A stretch of 43,379 bases of DNA from Candidatus Limnocylindrales bacterium. Lineage in GTDB: Bacteria > Chloroflexota > Limnocylindria > Limnocylindrales > CSP1-4. The notes beneath the pieces were generated by a model. The model saw only the letters and a program-made list of their open reading frames with translations. It was not told the DNA's origin and did no database searches. This document shows, piece by piece, positions 9,387 through 17,157 of the stretch. The translations under genes were made by a program, and so were the position numbers. The DNA is taken from assembly GCA_040883225.1 (NCBI GenBank), contig JBFLKP010000115.1, forward strand, positions 1 to 43,379, given 5' to 3'. Numbering within the stretch: the stretch's first letter is position 1; the number at the start of each line of letters is the position of its first letter.

Positions 9387-10303
9387 GAGTCCTCTCCCCG
9401 TCCGAGCGTGGACGTGCTGATGATGGTGGCGCCCTCGAGCTCGGGCGCGCTGCTGGCGCCGAGCGCGGCGGCGGCGCGCGTGGCGGCCGATTCCGAAGGA
9501 TAGACGGCCACGAGGGTCGGCCCCGAGCCCGTCAGCAGGACCGCGCGGCCGATGGTCCGCGACACGAGATCGCGCGTGGCGGCCAGCTCCGGCAGCAGCC
9601 GAGCGGCCGGGGGCCAGAGGTCGTTGGCGTCGCGTAGCACCGCGGTCGACGCGGCCAGCATCATGCCGTCGACACCCTCGCGCAGCAGGGCGACCACCTC
9701 GTCCACCCGCTCGAGCGCCCCCGCCGACGGCGCACGGTCGTACTCCGCGAACACGTCGGCGGTCGAGAGCCGGGCGCTCGGCGTCACCAGCAGGATGCCC
9801 GCTGCTGGCTCGGTCGAGGGCAGCGGAGAGACGCGCTCGCCGATGCCCTCGACCAGCGAGGCCGGGTGGCCGGCGGAGAAGAAGGGCACGTCGGCGCCGA
9901 CGCGGAGAGCCGCTCCGAGACGCTCCGCGGGATGGAGCCGCACGCCCCAGGCTGCGAGGGCGAGGTCGATGGCTGCGGCCGCATCGGAGCTGCCGCCGCC
10001 GAGCCCGGCGGCGGTCGGGATCCGCTTGCGCAAGCCGAACCGCAGCGATGGCAACGAAGGGTCGATGGCCGCGCGCAGGTGGGTGGCCGCACGCAACACG
10101 AGGTTGTCGCCGACGGCCACCTGCTCGCCTTCGACCTCGAGGTGGTCGGCCGGAGCACCGGGGACGGGCTCGACCTCGAGACGGTCGTGCAGGGCCAGCC
10201 GCAGGAACACCGAGCGCAGCTCGTGATAGCCGTCGTCGCGCCTGCCGGTGATGGCGAGGGCGAGGTTGATCTTGGCGTGGGCATCGGCCTCGAAGCGGGT
10301 CAC
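9383..10303 (-). CDS. ispE: 4-diphosphocytidyl-2-C-methyl-D-erythritol kinase (MEP pathway)
   Basis: AKINLAL..RDDGYHEL, KRIPTAAGLGGGSSD, GADVPF and TGSG. GTG start overlaps the rsmA stop. Confidence 0.93.
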   Translation of the reverse strand: MTRFEADAHAKINLALAITGRRDDGYHELRSVFLRLALHDRLEVEPVPGAPADHLEVEGEQVAVGDNLVLRAATHLRAAIDPSLPSLRFGLRKRIPTAAGLGGGSSDAAAAIDLALAAWGVRLHPAERLGAALRVGADVPFFSAGHPASLVEGIGERVSPLPSTEPAAGILLVTPSARLSTADVFAEYDRAPSAGALERVDEVVALLREGVDGMMLAASTAVLRDANDLWPPAARLLPELAATRDLVSRTIGRAVLLTGSGPTLVAVYPSESAATRAAAALGASSAPELEGATIISTSTLGRGEDS

Positions 10304-11163
10304 GGCAAGGGGCTCAGGGCGGCGCGCAAGGCCAGCCACTCGTCGACGGCCAGCGTCTGCGGCCGCCGCTCCGGCGCGATGCCGCAGGCCGCCAGCGCGG
10401 TCGCCACACGCTCTCGGTCGAGGCCGGGCAACTGCCGCGCGAGCACGTTGTGGATCATCTTGCGTCGCTCCCGGAAGGCCGCCTGCACCAGGCGCCAGAG
10501 CTCGTCCTCCTCCCCTGCTCCCAGCCGCCGCGGGCGGGTCGTGCCGGTGAGGACGGCGGAGTCGACATCGGGGGCAGGCTCGAAGGCCGCGGCCGGCACG
10601 GTGAAGGCGACCTCGACGTCGGCGTGGTACTGAACGAAGACCGTGAGATAGCTCATGCCGCCGGGCGCTGAGGCGATGCGCTCGGCCACCTCCCTCTGGA
10701 CCATCATCACGAAGCGCTCGGGCCGCGGCTCGGAGCCCAGCACGTGGTGGAGGATGGGGCTGGTGATGTGATACGGCACGTTGGCCACCAGCGCCCACGG
10801 AGGGGCGACCAGCTCCGAGACCTCCAGGTCGAGGACATCGCCCTCGACCAGCCTGAGCCGGGGCTCCTCCGCGAAGCGGGTGCGCAGGTGGTCGGCGAGG
10901 CGCGGGTCGAGCTCCACGGCGGTCACCGTGGCGCCCACGGCCAACAGCTGGGCGGTGAGGATGCCGACGCCGGGGCCGACCTCCACGACCCGCTCCCCGA
11001 CGGACACGCTCGCGGCCTCGATGATGCGCTCGAGCACCAGGCCATCAGCGAGATGGTTCTGGGAGAGGGACTTGCGCGCGCCGAGCCGGTGGCGTCGGAG
11101 GTAGCGCTCGACCGCCTCGGGGCCGAGATGGGCGGGATCGAGCGTGTCGCCGTCGCCGGCCAC
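10300..11163 (-). CDS. rsmA: 16S rRNA m6,2A1518/1519 dimethyltransferase
   Basis: SQNHL, VEVGPGVGILT, ANVPYHIT, MVQREVAERI, PAPDVDS and FRERRK. Confidence 0.94.
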   Translation of the reverse strand: MAGDGDTLDPAHLGPEAVERYLRRHRLGARKSLSQNHLADGLVLERIIEAASVSVGERVVEVGPGVGILTAQLLAVGATVTAVELDPRLADHLRTRFAEEPRLRLVEGDVLDLEVSELVAPPWALVANVPYHITSPILHHVLGSEPRPERFVMMVQREVAERIASAPGGMSYLTVFVQYHADVEVAFTVPAAAFEPAPDVDSAVLTGTTRPRRLGAGEEDELWRLVQAAFRERRKMIHNVLARQLPGLDRERVATALAACGIAPERRPQTLAVDEWLALRAALSPLP

Positions 11164-11165
11164 GG

Positions 11166-12233
11166 TCAGACGGCCAGCCTGTACGAGGGCCGGGCGTCGA
11201 GGGACCGGTCGCCACGCTCTCCGGCCAGGTAGCGGTGGAAGCCGGCGGCCCCGATCATGGCCGCATTGTCGGTACAGAGCCCGGGCCGCGGAACGATGAG
11301 CGGCAGGCCCATCCCCCGGGCACCCTCGTCGATGCGGTCCCGAAGGACGGCGTTGGCGGCGACGCCACCGCCGAGGATGATCGATCTCGCCTGCAGCTCC
11401 CGGGCAGCGCGCAGGAGCTTGCTCGAGAGCACGTCCACGACCGACTCCTGGAACCCCCACGCCAGCTCGGCCACGTCGGCCTCGGAGAGGTCGGCGCCGT
11501 CGAGCTCGCGCGACTCCGCGGGCAACCCCAGGGTCTGTGCCACCTCGTGGCGGGCGGCGGTCTTGAGGCCGGAGAACGAGAAGTCGTACGACTCGGCCAT
11601 CCACGCGCGCGGGAAGCGACGATCACGGGCGGTCGCTCCCGCGGCCGCCCGCATGATGGCCGGACCACCCGGGTAGGACAGGCCCAGCAGGCGGCCGACC
11701 TTGTCGAAGGCTTCGCCGGCAGCGTCGTCGACGGTCTGACCCAGCAGGCGATACGTCAGGTGGTCCCGCATCTCCACGATGAAGGTGTGCCCGCCGCTGA
11801 CGACGAGGGCCACGAGCGGGAACTCGGGCGGTGGCTTGTCCTCCTCGTCGGGGTCGAGCAGCCAGGCCGCGTAGATGTGACCCTCCAGGTGGTTCACCGG
11901 CACCAGCGGCAGGCCGACCGACCAGGCCAGCGTCTTGGCCAGGGTGATGCCCACCAGCAGCGAGCCCGCGAGGCCCGGGCCCTCGGTCACGGCCACCGCG
12001 TCGAGCGCGCGCCAGTCCTCGATGCCGGCTCGCTCGCGGGCCTCGTCAAGGACCGGGATCATCCAGCGCAGGTGGGCCCGGGCGGCGACCTCGGGCACGA
12101 TGCCGCCCGTGGCCGAATGCAGCTGCACCTGGCTGGCGACGACGTTGGCGACGATGCGGCGGCCACCCTCGACCACGGCCACGGCGGTCTCGTCGCAGGA
12201 GGACTCGACCGACAGGATGCGTCCGCTGCTCAC
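11166..12233 (-). CDS. tsaD: tRNA t6A threonylcarbamoyltransferase TsaD
   Basis: ESSCDET, GGIVPEVAARAH, NHLEGH, VSGGHT, DDAAGEAFDK, FSFSGLKT and DNAAMI. Confidence 0.97.
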   Translation of the reverse strand: MSSGRILSVESSCDETAVAVVEGGRRIVANVVASQVQLHSATGGIVPEVAARAHLRWMIPVLDEARERAGIEDWRALDAVAVTEGPGLAGSLLVGITLAKTLAWSVGLPLVPVNHLEGHIYAAWLLDPDEEDKPPPEFPLVALVVSGGHTFIVEMRDHLTYRLLGQTVDDAAGEAFDKVGRLLGLSYPGGPAIMRAAAGATARDRRFPRAWMAESYDFSFSGLKTAARHEVAQTLGLPAESRELDGADLSEADVAELAWGFQESVVDVLSSKLLRAARELQARSIILGGGVAANAVLRDRIDEGARGMGLPLIVPRPGLCTDNAAMIGAAGFHRYLAGERGDRSLDARPSYRLAV

Positions 12234-12814
12234 TGGTCCAGCACCTCCGGTGGGTCGTCGGGATCGGGCACGTCGCCCGGGTCGTCGAGCAGCACGTCGG
12301 TCGCGTACCGACCACGCTTGCTCGAGAGCAGTCCCTGCATCTCGGGGGTCTCGAGGCGGTCCGTGGTCATGATCAGGGCATCCTCGCCGTTGTCGGTGTA
12401 GTAGCGCGGGCGAACGCCGACAGGCTTGAAGCCGAACGCCCCGTAGAGCCGGCGCGCGGCGGCGTTGGTGAGCCGGACCTCGAGCGTGCACACGGCGGCT
12501 CCGAGGTCGGCGGCCAGCTCCATCAGCTCGACCAGCAGCAGTCCCCCGATGCCACGACGGCGATAGGCCGGGAGCACGGCGAAGGTGGTCACGTGGGCCT
12601 CATCGACCATCAGCCAGATCCCGGCATAGCCGATGACCCGCTCTCCCGCGCGCACCACCAGGTAGCGCGCAAGGCGGTTGGTCTCGAGCTCCTGGCGGAA
12701 GGCGTACGGCGGCCACGGCGTCGGGAACGAGGCGCTCTCGATGGCGTGGACGGCAGGGATGTCCTCGGCGGACATCTCCGCGACGACCAGCCTTACCGGA
12801 GGTCGGGCGACCAT
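12230..12814 (-). CDS. rimI: Ribosomal protein N-acetyltransferase RimI (GNAT)
   Basis: FPTPW, DEAHVT, RRRGIG, TLEVR..N and RYY..GEDALIM. Lies between tsaB and tsaD. Confidence 0.92.
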   Translation of the reverse strand: MVARPPVRLVVAEMSAEDIPAVHAIESASFPTPWPPYAFRQELETNRLARYLVVRAGERVIGYAGIWLMVDEAHVTTFAVLPAYRRRGIGGLLLVELMELAADLGAAVCTLEVRLTNAAARRLYGAFGFKPVGVRPRYYTDNGEDALIMTTDRLETPEMQGLLSSKRGRYATDVLLDDPGDVPDPDDPPEVLDQ

Positions 12815-13467
12815 CCCAGGTCCTCGGCAGCTCGCTTCACGCCGCGCGGCAGCGCCACGTAGGCAGGCGTGAGCTCGGCGACATCGTCGGTCTGGCCGGC
12901 TTCGACGCGGGCGCTCGCCAGCTGCAGCAGCGCGGCGGCCAGGCCCTCGACGGCCGCTGCGCCGACGCGTGCGGCCTCCTCGCCGACGAGCGTGGGGTCC
13001 ACGTCGACGGCCACGGCCGTGGCGCCGGCCAGCGCATGGGACAGCTCGCCAGAAGCGATGAGCAGCGGATCGTGCCCGGCCCACGCGAGGTAGTGGTCCC
13101 GAGCACCGGCGGGCAGCACGACCGGGGCGTCGGCGGCAGCGCCCTCGACCGTGGCTGCGAGCCTGAGGGCATCTGACGACATCACGCCCACCAGCGGCAA
13201 CTCACGGGCATAGGCCACCGTCTTGAGCGTGGCGAGCCCCACACGCAAACCCGTGAACGAGCCCGGACCGGTACCCACGGCCAGCGCGGCAACGTCATCG
13301 AGCGAGCGTCCGGCCTGGCCCAGCACCTCCTCGATCTGCTCGAGCACGTGTGCGCCGTGGCGATGACGAACCTCGCGGCGGCTGATCGCGAGCGGCAGGC
13401 TGGAACCGAGAGCCACGATGCTCGCGCGAGTCGAGGTGTCGACCGCGAGGATGAGGCGGTCGCTCAC
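12793..13467 (-). CDS. tsaB: t6A biosynthesis protein TsaB
   Basis: LAVDTS and GTGPGSFTGLRVG. Confidence 0.93.
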   Translation of the reverse strand: MSDRLILAVDTSTRASIVALGSSLPLAISRREVRHRHGAHVLEQIEEVLGQAGRSLDDVAALAVGTGPGSFTGLRVGLATLKTVAYARELPLVGVMSSDALRLAATVEGAAADAPVVLPAGARDHYLAWAGHDPLLIASGELSHALAGATAVAVDVDPTLVGEEAARVGAAAVEGLAAALLQLASARVEAGQTDDVAELTPAYVALPRGVKRAAEDLGWSPDLR

Positions 13468-13991
13468 CGCTGCACCATCCCTGTGTCGGCGGCTGCCAAC
13501 CGCCAGGCCGCAGCGGCCTCGAGGTACCGGCGGGCGATGTCGCCGTGGCCGCTCATCTCGATGTCGCGAGCGTCCGCGCCGGTGGGCTCGATGGCCACGG
13601 TCAGGCGGGCTGGATCGAGCTGGGCATCGAGGCGGTCGGCCCACTCGCTGAGGGTCACGCCGTCGTCCTGTCGTTCATCGAGGAGCCCGCCGGCGAGGAT
13701 CTCGTCGGCGCCCTCGAGGCGATAGAGGTCCTGGTGGAAGAGCCTGAGCCGGCCCTCGTACTCGGCCATGAGCGTGAAGCTGGGACTGTTGACCACGTCG
13801 TCGATGCCAAGGCCCACGGCGAAGCCCTTGGCGAACTGCGTCTTGCCCGCGCCGAGCGGGCCCACCAGCGCCAGACGGTCGCCGGCCTGAGCGGCCGGCG
13901 CGAGAGCTGCCGCGAGAGCCCGGGTGTGCTCGGCAGAGGTGGTCGTGACGCGCAGGCTGAGGGGCCGGAGGTCCGGATCGGTCATGGTCAC
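13464..13991 (-). CDS. tsaE: t6A biosynthesis ATPase TsaE
   Basis: Walker A GPLGAGKT, SPSFTL, HQDLYRL and EW. Confidence 0.95.
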   Translation of the reverse strand: MTMTDPDLRPLSLRVTTTSAEHTRALAAALAPAAQAGDRLALVGPLGAGKTQFAKGFAVGLGIDDVVNSPSFTLMAEYEGRLRLFHQDLYRLEGADEILAGGLLDERQDDGVTLSEWADRLDAQLDPARLTVAIEPTGADARDIEMSGHGDIARRYLEAAAAWRLAAADTGMVQR

Positions 13992-13998
13992 TGGCCGC

Positions 13999-14004
13999 AG
14001 GTTA
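13999..14004 (-). promoter_or_regulatory. -10 element (TAACCT) 7 nt before the tsaE GTG; its TAA is the upstream gene's stop codon
   Basis: TAACCT-GCGGCCA-GTG. Confidence 0.5.
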
Positions 14005-15075
14005 GCCGAGTCGCTCCAGAAGGGTCAGTGGGACGCAGTGGCGCTCGATCCCGCCTTCGGGCCCGGGAAGCTCGACGAAACCGCCGGGGGCATAGGCTCC
14101 GCCGGGCCAGCGGCGCGGACCAGAGAGCCCGACCAGCAAGCCCTCGTGGTCGCGATGCTCGCCGGCCACCACGCGGACGGTGTCGGGCGGACGCGAGGCT
14201 GCCTCGAGCAATGGCGCCGGGTCCCCGTCGACGATGAGCATCCTGGAGCCGGGCACGATGCCGGCCTGGCGGCCGTCGGCGGCCACCAGCAGGTCCCACA
14301 GGTGCGAGGGGATGGGCGCGCGGCCGTAGCCCCCGAGAGCGACCAGCCCGAAGGGTGCGGCTGCGTGCAGGGACGCCTGCTGGCGCGCCTCCGATGAGCT
14401 GAGCTGGCGCAGGTCGCGGCTGGCCACGCCGCCGGTGACGACGGCTGCGACACCGATGGCGCGGGCGCGTGAGAGCGCTTCGATGTCGACGCGAGCGCCG
14501 ACCACGAGGATGGCGCCGGCGGCCCCGACATCGATCCTGGAGGTCTGCAGCTCGGCGTTGGGCGCATCGACGGCGACGAGGATGCGACCGATCGTGGGCC
14601 GGCCCCAACCGATGCGCGCGTCGACGGCGAGCCCGTGGACACGAAGGTCCACGCGGGCGGGGGTGACGGCCTCGACGACGCCGCTGGCAGGGGCATCGAT
14701 GATGACCTCGCCGCGGCCGGCCACGAGGCGGGTGACACCGTCGCGACCGTGCTCACACACGCGGGTGCGGTAGGTGCCATCGCCCGAGCGCCGGCCGAGG
14801 CGACCAGAGGACTCGACAGGAACGTCGTCGAGCACCGCCCCCGGCGGGATACCGATGATCGCGGCGCTGGTGTCGACCTCGACCGCGACCTGCTCGCGGA
14901 AGTGCTCGATGATGGGCTGTCCGAGCTCGACCGGCTGTCCCGGGCCGACCAGCGGGCGGTCGGCAAGGCCGAGCGGGATCCGCAGCAGCCGGCCGCTGCC
15001 GGGGCTAGCAGCCGGCGGTACGAAGCGACCGGGATCGGGGCGCGGGTCGCGGTCGGGCTGGGACGGGGTCATCAC
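14002..15075 (-). CDS. Uncharacterised protein, partner of the GlmL-like protein (barrel-sandwich hybrid-like, alpha/beta and KOW-like segments)
   Basis: GTG 15075 overlaps the upstream stop (alternative ATG 15072). Segments LVGPGQPVELGQPI, IIDAPASGVV, GAILVVGA..ALSRARAIGVAAVVTGG and DTVRVVAGEHRDHEG. Confidence 0.75.
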   Translation of the reverse strand: MMTPSQPDRDPRPDPGRFVPPAASPGSGRLLRIPLGLADRPLVGPGQPVELGQPIIEHFREQVAVEVDTSAAIIGIPPGAVLDDVPVESSGRLGRRSGDGTYRTRVCEHGRDGVTRLVAGRGEVIIDAPASGVVEAVTPARVDLRVHGLAVDARIGWGRPTIGRILVAVDAPNAELQTSRIDVGAAGAILVVGARVDIEALSRARAIGVAAVVTGGVASRDLRQLSSSEARQQASLHAAAPFGLVALGGYGRAPIPSHLWDLLVAADGRQAGIVPGSRMLIVDGDPAPLLEAASRPPDTVRVVAGEHRDHEGLLVGLSGPRRWPGGAYAPGGFVELPGPEGGIERHCVPLTLLERLG

Positions 15076-16688
15076 TCGCTCCCGGCCCACACGGGCGCTT
15101 CCCAGGTCTCGAGCCGGCTGCGCCGGGCTTCCCCACCGTCGGGCAGGTCCAGGGGGATGGGGCGAGTATCGACGAAGAGGCCTCCGAGGCCGCCATTCAC
15201 CTCCATCGAGATCGGTGCGCCCTCGCTGCCGAGGATGGTGCCCTCGCCCGGGTCGATGCCGATGCTTGCGGAGATCCCCGGCGGCAGGTCCACCAGCTGG
15301 AGCTCTCCGGGGTCGAGCTGCAAGCGCTGGTCTCCGAGGACGCTGGCGATGCTCATGCGAGCCGGTGCCTTGCCCTTCTTGCGCTCCGGGATGGTGCCCG
15401 TGACGATGGCGCTGCCGAGCGGCAGAAGGCAGTCGCCCATGAGGTCCCCCAGCAGACGCTGGCGGTCGGCTTCCACGGGCAGGGCACCGAGGGGGGCCAG
15501 CACGCCCGCGTGGTCGTGGAGCAGGCTCACCGCTCCGGCGCGGCGAACGCCGTCGACGAGGGCCAGCGCCACCGCGGCCGGCGGCAGGCCCGCGAAGGCG
15601 CCACCGGAAAGCGCCACGACACCGGCGCCACCGCGGTCCGCGTCGCCGGCATCGGCCCAAGCCGCCTCGAGGCGTTCGAGCGCGGCGCGGAGCGCGGCCA
15701 GGCGCAAGCGGGCACCGTTCGACCCGGCAGCGGCCCAGGGCCGGAGCACCAGGTTGCGCACGCCGTCGAGCCAGGCCGCCGGGTCGCCCCCGCCGAGCGT
15801 CGACCAGCGCAGCACGGCATCGCCCGCGTCGGCGTCAGTAAGCAGCGCGCGCGGGAACGAACCAGCTGTGGCATACACGCCGTGGCCCTGTTCGATACCA
15901 GGAGCGGCGAGCGTTCGAGAGCCGGAAGCGACGCCGATCTCGATGCCATCGACGCTGGCCTCGAGCACGGTCGCGAGCGAGTGGACCGAGGCCCGCAAGG
16001 CGGATCGGGCATCGATGCCCGGCGTGGCCCCGCGGTCGGCGAGGAAGCGGCCGACCTGCAGCGCTGCGCTGCGCAGCTGCGACTCCGACCGGCTGGATAC
16101 TCGCTCGGGTGCAGGCAGGGAGAAGAGCCGGCCGTCGGGGATGCCCTCGGGACGGTCCACGAAGGGGCCGCTGGCGACGACCGCGAGGTCGTCACGGAAC
16201 CGCGCGAGCGAGGCCACCCGCGGCCACAGCTGCTGGGCAGCCCCCAGCTCGTTCTCCTCGGCCGCGTCCCGGCCACCCATGACGACCGCGTGCAGGTCGG
16301 GGTCGAGGCAGGCTTCACCAAGAGCGACGATGTCCGGTGCGGGCCCGAAGAAGCGCCCCTCGATGGTCCAGCCGGCCCCATCGAAGGCCCGTTCGAGCAG
16401 CTCGCCGGCCGCCTCGCTGGCGGCCACCAGCACGCCTCGCGGGGGCGGGCCGGTGAAGACCTCGAGGCGAGACCAGTCTCGCCAGCCCTCCATGGAGCCA
16501 GCCACCGAGGCGTCCGTGCGAGCGACGCGCCAGGCCAGGTCCTCGAGCACGGACTCAGGGTCGATACCGACCGGGGCCGACGCGGCCGCGGCCATGCGAT
16601 AGCGGCCGTCGACCGGTGCGATGAGCGCGGCCGTGGTGCTGACCGTGCCACGGTCGAGCGTGAAGAAGGCGGGCGTGTCCTGGGTCAC
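15072..16688 (-). CDS. Glutamate mutase L (GlmL/MutL-reactivase)-like protein, actin/ASKHA fold, long form
   Basis: N-terminal TLDRGTVSTTAAL..DGRYR..A.AP phosphate-1-like motif, VVMGGRD, GIEIG, LSGG and C-terminal GGLGGLFVDTRPIPL.LP. Family call is from recalled similarity. Confidence 0.7.
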   Translation of the reverse strand: MTQDTPAFFTLDRGTVSTTAALIAPVDGRYRMAAAASAPVGIDPESVLEDLAWRVARTDASVAGSMEGWRDWSRLEVFTGPPPRGVLVAASEAAGELLERAFDGAGWTIEGRFFGPAPDIVALGEACLDPDLHAVVMGGRDAAEENELGAAQQLWPRVASLARFRDDLAVVASGPFVDRPEGIPDGRLFSLPAPERVSSRSESQLRSAALQVGRFLADRGATPGIDARSALRASVHSLATVLEASVDGIEIGVASGSRTLAAPGIEQGHGVYATAGSFPRALLTDADAGDAVLRWSTLGGGDPAAWLDGVRNLVLRPWAAAGSNGARLRLAALRAALERLEAAWADAGDADRGGAGVVALSGGAFAGLPPAAVALALVDGVRRAGAVSLLHDHAGVLAPLGALPVEADRQRLLGDLMGDCLLPLGSAIVTGTIPERKKGKAPARMSIASVLGDQRLQLDPGELQLVDLPPGISASIGIDPGEGTILGSEGAPISMEVNGGLGGLFVDTRPIPLDLPDGGEARRSRLETWEAPVWAGSE

Positions 16689-16695
16689 GCGTCAG

Positions 16696-16701
16696 ATGGT
16701 A
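16696..16701 (-). promoter_or_regulatory. -10 element (TACCAT) 7 nt before the GlmL-like GTG; probable leaderless promoter
   Basis: TACCAT-CTGACGC-GTG. Confidence 0.55.
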
Positions 16702-16728
16702 GCCGGGTCCGGCGCAGGCGGCCTGCGA

Positions 16729-17046
16729 TCAGGCGTCGAGGCCGAACTCCGCGTCGAGCTCCTCGAGGCGATCGATGAGGCGCTCGATGCCATCGTCGTC
16801 GGCGAGCAGCGAGCTGGCTCCGGGGATCGCGCCACCGAAGATGCGCCGGACGGCCGGGTCGAAGAAGAGCATGCCCAGCCCATCGAGCGAGCCGGCGCCG
16901 CGATTGGCCTCGAGGAAGAGCACCGCCGGCACGGTCACACCGCGCATGGTGATCTCGCGCGCGACGATCTCGATGTCGTCCCCGTCGAACCCTCCGATAT
17001 CAGGCGACTCATGGAGTTGCTCGGTGGTCTCCGTCGGTCGTAGCAA
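16729..17046 (-). CDS. Small helical hypothetical protein
   Basis: Strong SD GAGGAGG 8 nt before the TTG. Protein-like sequence VAREITMRGVTVPAVLFLE..MLFFDP..IERLIDRLEEL. Confidence 0.72.
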   Translation of the reverse strand: MLRPTETTEQLHESPDIGGFDGDDIEIVAREITMRGVTVPAVLFLEANRGAGSLDGLGMLFFDPAVRRIFGGAIPGASSLLADDDGIERLIDRLEELDAEFGLDA

Positions 17047-17157
17047 ACCGCATTCCTCCTCGAGACACGACGAGACTTCACGGCTGTCGCCAAGGGCCCC
17101 TCTCTGACCGTCGGCATCGTCATCACGAAGTGTCTGCGCCGGCTGCGACCGAGAGTC

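Noticed and set aside
17088-17157. Resemblance of plus-strand ATCGTCATCACG..CCGG to the yybP-ykoY Mn2+ riboswitch
   Set aside because: Wrong orientation for the flanking genes, and the GGGGAGTA and GAGACC elements are missing.
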